A DNA stretch of 64,000 nucleotides from Ignavibacteriota bacterium (GCA_003820375.1 RPQH01000011.1:4783-68782), one strand, 5' to 3'. Counted from the first letter of the stretch, positions 20,020-28,891 are shown. Notes: generated by a model not told the origin, from the sequence alone. A program made the numbers and translations.

Positions 20020-20594
20020 TGATAAATCGTGTCTTAAAATACACATGCATTTGTTCTTAATTAAATTCATTTCCATTCTCATTGTTTTCCCTGCATTCCC
20101 ACCATATATCATTCCCCTGACTGATGCAGTCAGGGGAATGACATGTGTTAGGTAAGCGGGGAATGACACGGGGTGACATACAGTAAAAATCAGAGTTGGG
20201 TTCAAAACAGTGCGGAGATGGGTTCAAGTTGTGCCGGAGTTGGGGTCAAGTTAGTATCCAGTTGGGTTATCGTTTTTCAAAAACAGGGGTTAACTCATTG
20301 CAGTATAAGGAGATAACGCCGTCAGAGATGTGAGATTTTTGATTTAAAATTGGCGATTTCGAGCCGGAATCACCAATTTTTCATCATAATAAAACTTCAC
20401 TATATCATTAACCATTATCGTTATGGGAAAATTTTGGCAGCAAATTATTGTCGCTGATGTTGGAGAGTTAAAGTAATACTTTAAGGATTATCCGGCTCAT
20501 TTCAGGACACACCCCGTCTTATCAATTCCGTAGAACGGAATTGATAATCCACCCCTCTCGAGAGGGGAATCCTTTGATTTTTAAGCTCTAAATA

Positions 20595-20636
20595 CACCTC
20601 TCCTCCCAGGAGAGGGGAAAGGGGTGAGGTTTTTTC
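20595..20636 (+). terminator. GC-rich hairpin plus T6 inside the variable spacer of element copy A
   Basis: CCTCTCC (20597-20603) / GGAGAGG (20609-20615), then ..GGGGTGAGGTTTTTT. It is preceded by a perfect 13-bp hairpin (20519-20547) and the palindrome CCCCTCTCGAGAGGGG (20552-20567). Confidence 0.45.
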
Positions 20637-20645
20637 ACAAAAAAC

Positions 20646-20674
20646 TTGACAATTAGTAATTACTATATTAAATT
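20646..20674 (+). promoter_or_regulatory. conserved orphan promoter of element copy A
   Basis: TTGACA (20646-20651), a 17-bp spacer ending CTATAT, then TAAATT (20669-20674). The same arrangement occurs at 40874-40902 and 59130-59158. Confidence 0.7.
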
Positions 20675-20854
20675 ATATAGTGATGCTTATATATCAGTAT
20701 AAGCATAAATAATCGTTCTTTGACAAAATCGTAAATTAGAAAGTTATGTCGTTTGTTAATGTAAGGAATGGAGTCACGAAAATAGTTAGATTTTACACAG
20801 ATGAAAAAAATATGTATTGAAAAATGCACTAAAATAATTTTATCAGGAAATCAT

Positions 20855-22111
20855 TCACTTTTTGGCTGTCTGCATTTGCTTGAACCAGAATATTGTTAAT
20901 CCAATAAGCATTAATATAGAAAAAATGAAAAGAAGAAGATGATAGGGGATAGCAGGCATTGAATTGTAATAAACCAGTATCTGCATGAAAAGCAGTATTT
21001 CGCTTGCAAAAAAACCGGTTAGGAAAGTTATTAAACCTGTTTTTGAAATAACGGTATCAATTTCAAAAAATTCTTTATCTGTAAACCACCAGAACAATCC
21101 GCATGTTACAAATCCAAGCATGACCAGATGAATATACCCGATAATAATATCCCTGTTGCTAAAAACTATGCCTGCAAAATACGGGGCTGATGAAACTGAC
21201 TGCAATACATATTTTAATAGAAGCGAAAAAACGGAAATATATAATAAAAACTTAGCTAATGCCGGTAAATTCTCAGTTAAGAATGTTTTGTGTGTGTAAA
21301 TTATTCTCATCAATAATAACACTCCCAATATCTGAAGGAAAGCCGATAATGCACCTATCTGAACGAACAAATCAGGTACCGGGTAACCTAACAATGACAG
21401 GAAGTAAGCAGGAATGTTTGCAAAAAACAAAAGCCAGAATGCAGATTTTAAGTATGAAGTGTAAATAAATATTTTTACAGTTTCTATTTTCGATAATATT
21501 AAACCAATGATACCGAATGTAAACCACCCGTTATATTGAAAATGCAAATAAAAATATATTGCCTGCTGGTATAAATCTTTATTGGGAATATTAGAGGCCG
21601 TTATGACTGCAAGTCCCCACGGACCAATTGTTGATAATATTAAAAAGAATAATCCGCCGTATATAAACATCATTGATGCCGGGTACCTGTCATATACTTT
21701 ATTTATTCTGACATCTTTCACGAAACAGTAAACAAACCAATATGTAATAATTATATGGAGGGTCGAAAATATTATAGACAGAACCCAGTATCCTTTAATG
21801 GGAAATGTTATAAGCATTCCCAGCACCGAAAACTGAATCAGCCAGAATATCCTGTTATATGCCGTTGATTTAAAACCTGTACCGGGCAAAAATTTATAAA
21901 GGAATGCAATGAATAAAGCGGAATAAACCCATCCCAGCATTGCCGTATGAGAATGTGCGTGAAGAATGTAGTTGAATTCAAACAGGGGAAAGGTTACAAC
22001 AAATTTTAATCTCATTATCACACCGATAAGAGCGATAATGAGAATATAAGCTGAGCCGGTAAGAAGCCAGAACCTCTTTTTATCTTTAAAGATAAACTCT
22101 GATACTTGCAT
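20855..22111 (-). CDS. multi-pass membrane protein of unknown function, translationally coupled to glgP
   Basis: 418 aa and very hydrophobic. His-rich motifs HAHSHTAMLGW and YLHFQYNGW. Its ATG overlaps the glgP stop (TAATG). Confidence 0.7.
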   Translation of the reverse strand: MQVSEFIFKDKKRFWLLTGSAYILIIALIGVIMRLKFVVTFPLFEFNYILHAHSHTAMLGWVYSALFIAFLYKFLPGTGFKSTAYNRIFWLIQFSVLGMLITFPIKGYWVLSIIFSTLHIIITYWFVYCFVKDVRINKVYDRYPASMMFIYGGLFFLILSTIGPWGLAVITASNIPNKDLYQQAIYFYLHFQYNGWFTFGIIGLILSKIETVKIFIYTSYLKSAFWLLFFANIPAYFLSLLGYPVPDLFVQIGALSAFLQILGVLLLMRIIYTHKTFLTENLPALAKFLLYISVFSLLLKYVLQSVSSAPYFAGIVFSNRDIIIGYIHLVMLGFVTCGLFWWFTDKEFFEIDTVISKTGLITFLTGFFASEILLFMQILVYYNSMPAIPYHLLLFIFSILMLIGLTIFWFKQMQTAKK

Positions 22112-24579
22112 TATTCATTTCTGACGGGTTTAATATGCCATATGTCTTCGGCATATTGCCTGATTGTTCTGTCACTTGAAAATTTCCCGGAGCGTGCAGT
22201 GTTAATTATTGATTTCTTAAACCACATATCTTTATCGGCATATTGAGCCTCAACTGCTGACTGTGACTCTAAATAAGATTCATAATCTGCAAGAACAAGA
22301 TACGGGTCATGATTTAATAAATCGTCAACTATAGGTAAAAATATACGAGGTTCATTTTTATTAAAATAATCTGTGCTGAGCATATCTATAACTTTCATTA
22401 GCTTTTCACATCTCTCGTAATAGTCACGCGGCCTGTATCCTCTTGATTTCAATTCGCGTACTTCGTCAGATTTTAAGCCGAAAATAAAAATGTTCTCATT
22501 TCCTACTTCATCTTTGATTTCAATATTGGCACCGTCAAGAGTACCGATAGTTAAAGCTCCATTAAGTGCAAACTTCATATTGCCCGTACCTGAAGCTTCA
22601 TATCCTGCAGTAGATATCTGCTCGGAAAGCTCGGATGCAGGTATGATTATTTCTGCCAGCGATACTGAATAATTTTTCAGGAAAAGCACTTTCAGCTTAT
22701 CGCCAATCTCTTTATCGTTATTTACTACGTCGCCGATTGAGTTTATTAATTTTATAACAAGCTTTGCCATATAATATGACGGTGCCGCTTTGCCTGATAA
22801 TATTATTGTTCGCGGTAAAATATCAGCATTGGGATTTTCTTTTATCCTGTTATATAAAGTTATTACATGAAGTACATTTAACAACTGTCTTTTATATTCA
22901 TGAAAGCGTTTTACATGTGAGTCAATTAATGAACCGGTATTTATCTCAACTTTATAGTTTTGTTTTATAAATTCCTTCAGCCGTAATTTATTCTGCTGTT
23001 TGACTTTTCTCCAGTCTTCAAGGAATTCGTTATCATTAACAAATTGCTCAATGTTCTTTAATTCTGTTAGATTAGTAACCCAGGAATCACCAATCCTGCT
23101 TGTAATAAGTTCTGAAAGCCCGGGATTTGCATGCAGTAAAAATCTTCTTGGAGTAATTCCGTTTGTCTTGTTATTTATCTTATTCTTATAATACTTATCA
23201 AAATCAGGGAATACATATTTCTTTAAAATCTCAGTATGCAGTTCTGCTACACCATTGACCGAGTAGCTTCCTACTATTGCAAGATGTGACATCCTGACTT
23301 TTTTCTCGCCGTTTTCTCCGAAGATTGACATTCTTGCTATCACATTATTATCTGCTGAAAAGTTTTTCCGTACATCTTCAAGGAATATGTGGTTTATCTC
23401 ATCTATTATCCTGTAATGCCTTGGAAGCAATGCCGCTATCAGGCTTGCAGGCCATTCTTCAAGTGCTTCCGGCAGAATTGTATGGTTTGTATATGCAAAT
23501 GTTTTCTTTGTTATTTCCCATGCTGCATTCCACTCAAGCCCCTGTTCATCCATAAGAAGACGCATTAATTCGGGTATTGCAATTGCAGGATGAGTGTCGT
23601 TCAAATGTATTGTAACTTTATCAGGGAATATGGAGAAATCGGAATTATACTTCCTGAAATTTTGAATTATATCCTGAAGCGTTGCCGAAACAAAGAAATA
23701 CTGCTGCTTAAATCTTAAAATTTTTCCTGCAGGAATGGAATCGTTAGGATATAATACTTTTGAGATTACTTCAGACTCGGTTTTATCTTCAACGGCAGAA
23801 AAATAATCTCCCTGGTTGAAATATTTTAAATTAAATTCATTTGTGGAACGAGCGCTCCATAACCTGAGTGTGTTGACATTATTGTTATGATAACCGGGAA
23901 TTGGAATATCGTAAGCAACTGCAAGAACATCTTCCGAGTCCTTCCAGTTGACTAAAAGCTTTCCATCTTCATTTGTGTGTGATTCAACATAGCCGCCGAA
24001 CTTAATTGTAAAACTTAATTCCGGGCGGACAACTTCCCACAGGTTGCCGTATTTCAGCCAGTTATCGGGCTTTTCAATTTGATATCCGTTTTCAATATCC
24101 TGTTCAAATATCCCGTAATTATAAAGTATGCCGTATCCGTATGCGGGGTATTCGAGTGTCGCGAGTGAATCAAGGAAACAGGCTGCTAATCTTCCAAGGC
24201 CGCCGTTGCCAAGACCCATATCGGGCTCTAAGTCAATAATCTTTTCAAGGTCAATTCCCATCTGGCGGAAGGTTTCCTTGTATGCATCATACAAGCCGAG
24301 GTTCAATAAAGCATTCCCAAGCAGGTTGCCTGTCAGGTACTCAAGTGAAAGGTAAAATACTTTTTTGGAATTGGATTCATTGTATTTCTTTTGTGTATCT
24401 ATCCAGTTACGGGTAAGACGCCTCCTGACTGAAAGTATAAGAGCTTTCAATAAGTCTGCTTCTGTTGCCGAGCTAAAATCTTTTACAAGGTCATTTTCAA
24501 GATGTTCAGAAAATGATTTTTTCAAATTCTCCATATTTATACTCATACCGGAATGAACATTTGATTTATTTTTATACAT
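22111..24579 (-). CDS. glgP: glycogen/maltodextrin phosphorylase
   Basis: 822 aa with the PLP-lysine motif EASGTGNMKFALNG and GLGNGGLGRLAACFLDS. Confidence 0.95.
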   Translation of the reverse strand: MYKNKSNVHSGMSINMENLKKSFSEHLENDLVKDFSSATEADLLKALILSVRRRLTRNWIDTQKKYNESNSKKVFYLSLEYLTGNLLGNALLNLGLYDAYKETFRQMGIDLEKIIDLEPDMGLGNGGLGRLAACFLDSLATLEYPAYGYGILYNYGIFEQDIENGYQIEKPDNWLKYGNLWEVVRPELSFTIKFGGYVESHTNEDGKLLVNWKDSEDVLAVAYDIPIPGYHNNNVNTLRLWSARSTNEFNLKYFNQGDYFSAVEDKTESEVISKVLYPNDSIPAGKILRFKQQYFFVSATLQDIIQNFRKYNSDFSIFPDKVTIHLNDTHPAIAIPELMRLLMDEQGLEWNAAWEITKKTFAYTNHTILPEALEEWPASLIAALLPRHYRIIDEINHIFLEDVRKNFSADNNVIARMSIFGENGEKKVRMSHLAIVGSYSVNGVAELHTEILKKYVFPDFDKYYKNKINNKTNGITPRRFLLHANPGLSELITSRIGDSWVTNLTELKNIEQFVNDNEFLEDWRKVKQQNKLRLKEFIKQNYKVEINTGSLIDSHVKRFHEYKRQLLNVLHVITLYNRIKENPNADILPRTIILSGKAAPSYYMAKLVIKLINSIGDVVNNDKEIGDKLKVLFLKNYSVSLAEIIIPASELSEQISTAGYEASGTGNMKFALNGALTIGTLDGANIEIKDEVGNENIFIFGLKSDEVRELKSRGYRPRDYYERCEKLMKVIDMLSTDYFNKNEPRIFLPIVDDLLNHDPYLVLADYESYLESQSAVEAQYADKDMWFKKSIINTARSGKFSSDRTIRQYAEDIWHIKPVRNE

Positions 24580-24702
24580 TTACAAGCCTGCTTATATATC
24601 ATTCCGCTTAGAAATAAGTCTTTCCATGCTATAATAATTCCAATAAAAACTTGATTTTAAAAATTAGAAATTGGAAACTGGATTCAGAAAAATATTTAAA
24701 TA

Positions 24703-25248
24703 TTAAAAAATATCTAAACCTATATCTTTAAAAAATTTTGCCTGCAAATCTTTGGGTGAAACCAGCGGGGTATCAGTCTCCCAATCTATTGCAATATCCG
24801 GGTCTGCATAAAATATGGCTCTTTCATGTTCTTTGCTGTAAAAATTTGTGCACTTATAATGAAATATAGCTTCATCCGATAAAACTGAAAAGCCGTGTGC
24901 AAATCCTTCGGGTATCCATATCTGGTGATGATTTTCATCTGAAAGTATGGCTGCTGTATATTTGCCGAAAGTCGGCGAGCTTTTACGTAAATCAACTGCA
25001 ACATCTTTAACTTTCCCGTATAATACTTCGCATAGCTTGCCTTGTGCAAATTCTCCCACCTGGTAATGAAGTCCTCTTATTGTACCTTTTATTGACCTTG
25101 AAATATTATCCTGCACAAAATTATCAGGTATCCCAAATTCCCCGTATCTTTTGCAGTTGTAAGCTTCCAAAAAATATCCGCGGTCATCTTTAAATACATC
25201 GGGCTTTAAAATCAAAACGCCTTTTAACTCTGTCTCAACTATATTCAT
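24703..25248 (-). CDS. rfbC: dTDP-4-dehydrorhamnose 3,5-epimerase
   Basis: 181-aa cupin with the RGLHYQ motif and FVQDN. It lies directly downstream of rfbA with no gap. Confidence 0.9.
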   Translation of the reverse strand: MNIVETELKGVLILKPDVFKDDRGYFLEAYNCKRYGEFGIPDNFVQDNISRSIKGTIRGLHYQVGEFAQGKLCEVLYGKVKDVAVDLRKSSPTFGKYTAAILSDENHHQIWIPEGFAHGFSVLSDEAIFHYKCTNFYSKEHERAIFYADPDIAIDWETDTPLVSPKDLQAKFFKDIGLDIF

Positions 25249-26112
25249 TTATCCGTCTCTTAATATTTTTTCTAAGTACTCCCTGTAGAAACATTTTGGC
25301 ATACATTCAATAACATATTCGAACTGCTTCCTGTCTATAAAATGCATATGGTATGCAATTTCTTCAATGCATGCAACTTTCAATCCCTGCCTGTCTTCGA
25401 TCAATCCGAAGAAATTTGATGCCTGTAATAATGATTCAGGAGTACCGGTATCAAGCCATGCTACACCTCTGCCAATTTGTTCTACTCTTAATCTTCCTTG
25501 TTTCAAATACTCAACATTTACATCAGTAATTTCCAGCTCACCTCTTGCAGAGGGCTTTAGATTTTTGGAAATATATACAACTTCATTATCATAGATGTAT
25601 AATCCGGGCACAGCAAAATCAGATTTTGGAAATTTTGGTTTTTCCTCAATTGATAAAACTTTTCCGTCATTATCAAATTCTACTATTCCATATCTTTCGG
25701 GATCATTAACACGGTAACCAAATATTGTAGCACCGTTGTTGTTCTTCAAAGCATTGTAAAGGAAATCAAGCTTGCCGTAAAAAATATTATCACCGAGTAT
25801 CAATGTTACATCATCATCACCGATAAACTCTTCACCGATGACAAAAGATTGTGCAATACCTTTGGGCTCCGGTTGAATTGCATATTGAATATTTAAACCG
25901 ATATGGGAACCGGTATTAAAAAGCTTCTGATACTGGGGGATTGTCTCATCGTTTGAAATAATCAGGATATCCTTAATATTGCCAAGCATAAGAATGGATA
26001 ATGGATAATAAATTAACGGCTTATCATAAATTAATGTAAGCTGTTTGCTGTAAACCTTCGAAATCGGGTACATACGGGAACCAGCCCCGCCTGCAAGGAT
26101 GATACCTTTCAT
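25249..26112 (-). CDS. rfbA: glucose-1-phosphate thymidylyltransferase
   Basis: 287 aa with MKGIILAGGAGSRMYPIS (GGxGxR), LGDNIFYG and VAWLDTGT. Confidence 0.95.
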   Translation of the reverse strand: MKGIILAGGAGSRMYPISKVYSKQLTLIYDKPLIYYPLSILMLGNIKDILIISNDETIPQYQKLFNTGSHIGLNIQYAIQPEPKGIAQSFVIGEEFIGDDDVTLILGDNIFYGKLDFLYNALKNNNGATIFGYRVNDPERYGIVEFDNDGKVLSIEEKPKFPKSDFAVPGLYIYDNEVVYISKNLKPSARGELEITDVNVEYLKQGRLRVEQIGRGVAWLDTGTPESLLQASNFFGLIEDRQGLKVACIEEIAYHMHFIDRKQFEYVIECMPKCFYREYLEKILRDG

Positions 26113-26227
26113 ATTTTCGCTTTAATTTAATGGAATTAAAAGACTAAGATAATCTGAGATGGGATTTAATGCAATGAAAAAGAATATATGTGAATTATGA
26201 GTTTTTTTGCAGTTTTTATGGGTACCG

Positions 26228-26368
26228 CAAACGAATACACAAACGAATATACAAACGCTCATACCAAAATTACTCGTAACTTTAATTATTATGTAATTTA
26301 GCCCCAACAGTTATAAAGAATGAATATGCCAACGAACATACCAATGAATATCCGAATGAATACCAAAC
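26228..26368. repeat. two degenerate 11-12-nt tandem arrays in a divergent promoter region
   Basis: CAAACGAATACACAAACGAATATACAAACGCTCATACCAAAA (26228-26268) and GAATGAATATGCCAACGAACATACCAATGAATATCCGAATGAATACC (26319-26368). Confidence 0.8.
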
Positions 26369-26566
26369 AAGAAGATAAGAATATAAGAAGAGAAGAAAAA
26401 TTTTTTTAAAACGGTACCATGAAGTAGAAATGTTGTATAAAGAACTAATAATAAAAGGGATAGGTTTACAGAAATGTGGTAATACTATACAAAACAGAGA
26501 TATTTTATACCTCAAATCCTGCAAATATTCCTTTCTGAAGAAATATCTCAAAAAACTAATAAATGA

Positions 26567-28822
26567 ATGAAAAAAATTTACTTTCTTATTATTTTATTCT
26601 GTATAATAAATATTTCCTATTCACAATGGGTAAAAGTTTCAAATGGTCTTCCAAAACAAAAGGTTGTAGCGTTAACTACAAAAGGGAATAAAATATTTGC
26701 AGCAGTTGGTAATAGTGGTGTTATAGTAAATAACAATAATAGTGGTATTTTTCTAAGTACCAATAATGGATTAAACTGGTATGCTGCTAACAATGGAATG
26801 CAGGATACAAATAATGTCAGCTCACTTATCACTTGCGGTATAAATATTATTGCAGGTACAAGCAAAGGATTTTATAAGACTACCAACGATGGTCTTAGCT
26901 GGTATCAATCAAATAACGGGCTTCCTTCTAATTCTCCAATCAATGCAATGTCTGTTAATGGAGCTACTATTGCCGCATGTGTGTCCGCTACAAAAGTATA
27001 TATTAGTACAAATGAGGGTTCAAGTTGGTTTTATGCCAGTAGCAGTTTACCTGATCCGATATATTGTAGATCAATTGCCATTAACGGTAATAGCATTTTT
27101 TTTGGTACTGAATATACGTATCAAATAGCCGGCAGAGGCATTTATAAAAGCACAAATAATGGCATAAGCTGGTTTACAGTAAATAATGGTATCTCGAATA
27201 ATGTAAATATATTATCTTTAGCTGCAAATGGAACAAACTTATTTGCCGGAACTCGCGAAAATGGAATTTATCTTAGTACAAATGATGGAAATAACTGGAA
27301 GCAGGTAAATAATGGTCTTCCGTCTGAATCAGGATTTTCGGTACTTGCTATAAATGGAACAAGTGTTTTTACAGGCACCGGAGGATATTCATCACTATAT
27401 TATGGAATTTATAAGAGCACAAACAATGGAGCAAATTGGTTTGCGGTTAATAATGGTATTCAATTCAATAGTTTGAAAATTAATTCACTGGCAGTTAATA
27501 ACACAAACATATTTGCAGGCACTGCTGATAATTTGTATACAACGTCTAATGGCGGAACAAATTGGTTTATAGCATCTGATGGTATTCCGGGATGCACGAG
27601 AATCTTAACTTATTCGAGCATAGGAACAAACACATTTATTGGCTCATATTACGGTTATGGTGTTTATGTAAGTTCAGATTACGGAATCAATTGGAATCAG
27701 ATTAATAATGGATTACCGATAAATTTTATTAATGGGTATATATTAGCTTCCAGTAATGCATATTTATTTTCTGGTATCGATGGTAGTGGGCAAAATGGTT
27801 ATGGTGTTTACAAAAGCAGCGATAATGGGGCAAATTGGATTGCAGCTAATAATAATTTCCCGGTCAATACTTACAGAACAATAATTGCCTGTAACGGGTC
27901 CAATATTATTGCTAATGCTCATAATTGGGGAGTATATATAAGTACAAATCTGGGAATTAGCTGGAATGCTGCACCTATTTACACTACATTTAATATTCCA
28001 GCCAGCTGCTTTACCTTTTTAAGGAACAAAGTTTTTGCAGGTACAAATAGCACAAGCAGCACAGGTTACGGAATTTTTTCAAGCACGAATAACGGTACTA
28101 ATTGGGTCACTTCAAGTGATGGAATTCCTACGAATGCTCACATTAGATGTTTATCTGTAAATGGTAATAACATTTTTGCAGGAACAGGACTTTATACTGC
28201 TCATAATGGGCATGGAATTTATAAGAGTACGAACTCCGGTTTGAATTGGTTCGCTGTAAATAATGGAATCAATTCAAATGCAGAAATATCATTCATAATA
28301 TGTAATGGTTTGAACATATTTGCAGCAGATTTGGATAGAGGTATCTATTTGAGTACGGACAATGGTGAAAACTGGACATTGAAAAATGAAGGATTACCTG
28401 CATTTTATTTACTTGGTGCTCTCGGTGTAAGCGGAAATTATTTGTTTGTTAATGTGGATGGTCAAGAATTATATAGAAGAAGTATTTCGGAAATTACAAG
28501 TACAAATCCAATAAGCTCTAATGTTTCTTATGAATATTATTTATCCCAAAACTTTCCCAATCCCTTCAATCCATCAACAAAGATAAAGTTTGAAATTCCG
28601 GAAACCCCCCTTAGTCCCCCCTTTGGTAAAGGTGGGATAGTATCCCTGAAAATCTTTGATATACTTGGCAGGGAAGTTGCGATTCTCATAAATGATAAGC
28701 TCACTCCCGGCTCACATGAAGTTGATTGGAATGCAAGTGAATTTGCAAGCGGTGTGTATTTCTATTCATTGATTGCTGATGGAGTAATTATTGATACAAA
28801 GAAGCTTGTTTTGTTAAAATAA
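26567..28822 (+). CDS. BNR/Asp-box repeat protein with T9SS CTD carrying an in-frame insertion
   Basis: 751 aa with 13 repeats of the STNNGxNW type. Signal peptide. CTD NFPNPFNPSTKIKFEIP-ETPLSPPFGKGG-IVSLKIFDILG..GVYFYSL..KKLVLLK. Confidence 0.85.
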   Translation: MKKIYFLIILFCIINISYSQWVKVSNGLPKQKVVALTTKGNKIFAAVGNSGVIVNNNNSGIFLSTNNGLNWYAANNGMQDTNNVSSLITCGINIIAGTSKGFYKTTNDGLSWYQSNNGLPSNSPINAMSVNGATIAACVSATKVYISTNEGSSWFYASSSLPDPIYCRSIAINGNSIFFGTEYTYQIAGRGIYKSTNNGISWFTVNNGISNNVNILSLAANGTNLFAGTRENGIYLSTNDGNNWKQVNNGLPSESGFSVLAINGTSVFTGTGGYSSLYYGIYKSTNNGANWFAVNNGIQFNSLKINSLAVNNTNIFAGTADNLYTTSNGGTNWFIASDGIPGCTRILTYSSIGTNTFIGSYYGYGVYVSSDYGINWNQINNGLPINFINGYILASSNAYLFSGIDGSGQNGYGVYKSSDNGANWIAANNNFPVNTYRTIIACNGSNIIANAHNWGVYISTNLGISWNAAPIYTTFNIPASCFTFLRNKVFAGTNSTSSTGYGIFSSTNNGTNWVTSSDGIPTNAHIRCLSVNGNNIFAGTGLYTAHNGHGIYKSTNSGLNWFAVNNGINSNAEISFIICNGLNIFAADLDRGIYLSTDNGENWTLKNEGLPAFYLLGALGVSGNYLFVNVDGQELYRRSISEITSTNPISSNVSYEYYLSQNFPNPFNPSTKIKFEIPETPLSPPFGKGGIVSLKIFDILGREVAILINDKLTPGSHEVDWNASEFASGVYFYSLIADGVIIDTKKLVLLK

Positions 28823-28891
28823 ATAACGAAACTCCTTCATTATAAATTGTATTTAATATAATAAATCATCATTTTTGATTAGATGAATTAA

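Larger units (their letters stand above)
20193..20830 (+). repeat. ORF-free modular element, copy A (phased repeats, conserved core, variable spacer, promoter module)
   Basis: Aligns by eye with 40412-41047 (long identical islands) and with 58694-59310 (diverged). No conserved ORF. See findings. Confidence 0.85.

Noticed and set aside
20011-20205. 64-aa ORF next to element copy A, plus 40228-40440 (+) and 58672-58926 (+) in or next to copies B and C
   Set aside because: They lie on different strands and in different frames in the three copies, and they are not conserved. The first also covers the promoter of the paralog operon.
20286-20304. Sigma54-type promoter (GG-N10-GC: GGTTAACTCATTGCA) in the core island
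   Set aside because: The spacing and the TTGCA -12 box fit in copies A and B. Copy C has CT at the -24 GG position, so the feature is not conserved across the family.
20286-20320. Short conserved peptide ending (L/V)T(H/Y)CSI(R/K)R-stop, encoded across the TTGCAGTATAAGGAGATAA island
   Set aside because: The upstream frame and the start codon are not conserved: ATG in A, none nearby in B, and a 10-codon ORF in C. The conservation extends beyond the stop codon, so it is more likely to be at the nucleotide level.
20449-20470. Hammerhead-like CTGATG box in element block 1
   Set aside because: It reads CTGATGT rather than CUGAUGA. It is absent from copy C, and no GAAA or stem arrangement goes with it.
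20193-20830. Tn7-like transposon end or IS terminal inverted repeats
   Set aside because: The left and right ends of the element are not inverted repeats of each other. I could see no target-site duplication, and no transposase lies anywhere in the window. The repeat word also differs between copies A/B and copy C.
26122-26551. Two minus-strand ORFs (61 and 89 aa) in the rfbA / BNR-protein divergent intergenic region
   Set aside because: They run through degenerate 11-12-nt tandem arrays, and their hydrophobic, repetitive translations are repeat artefacts.
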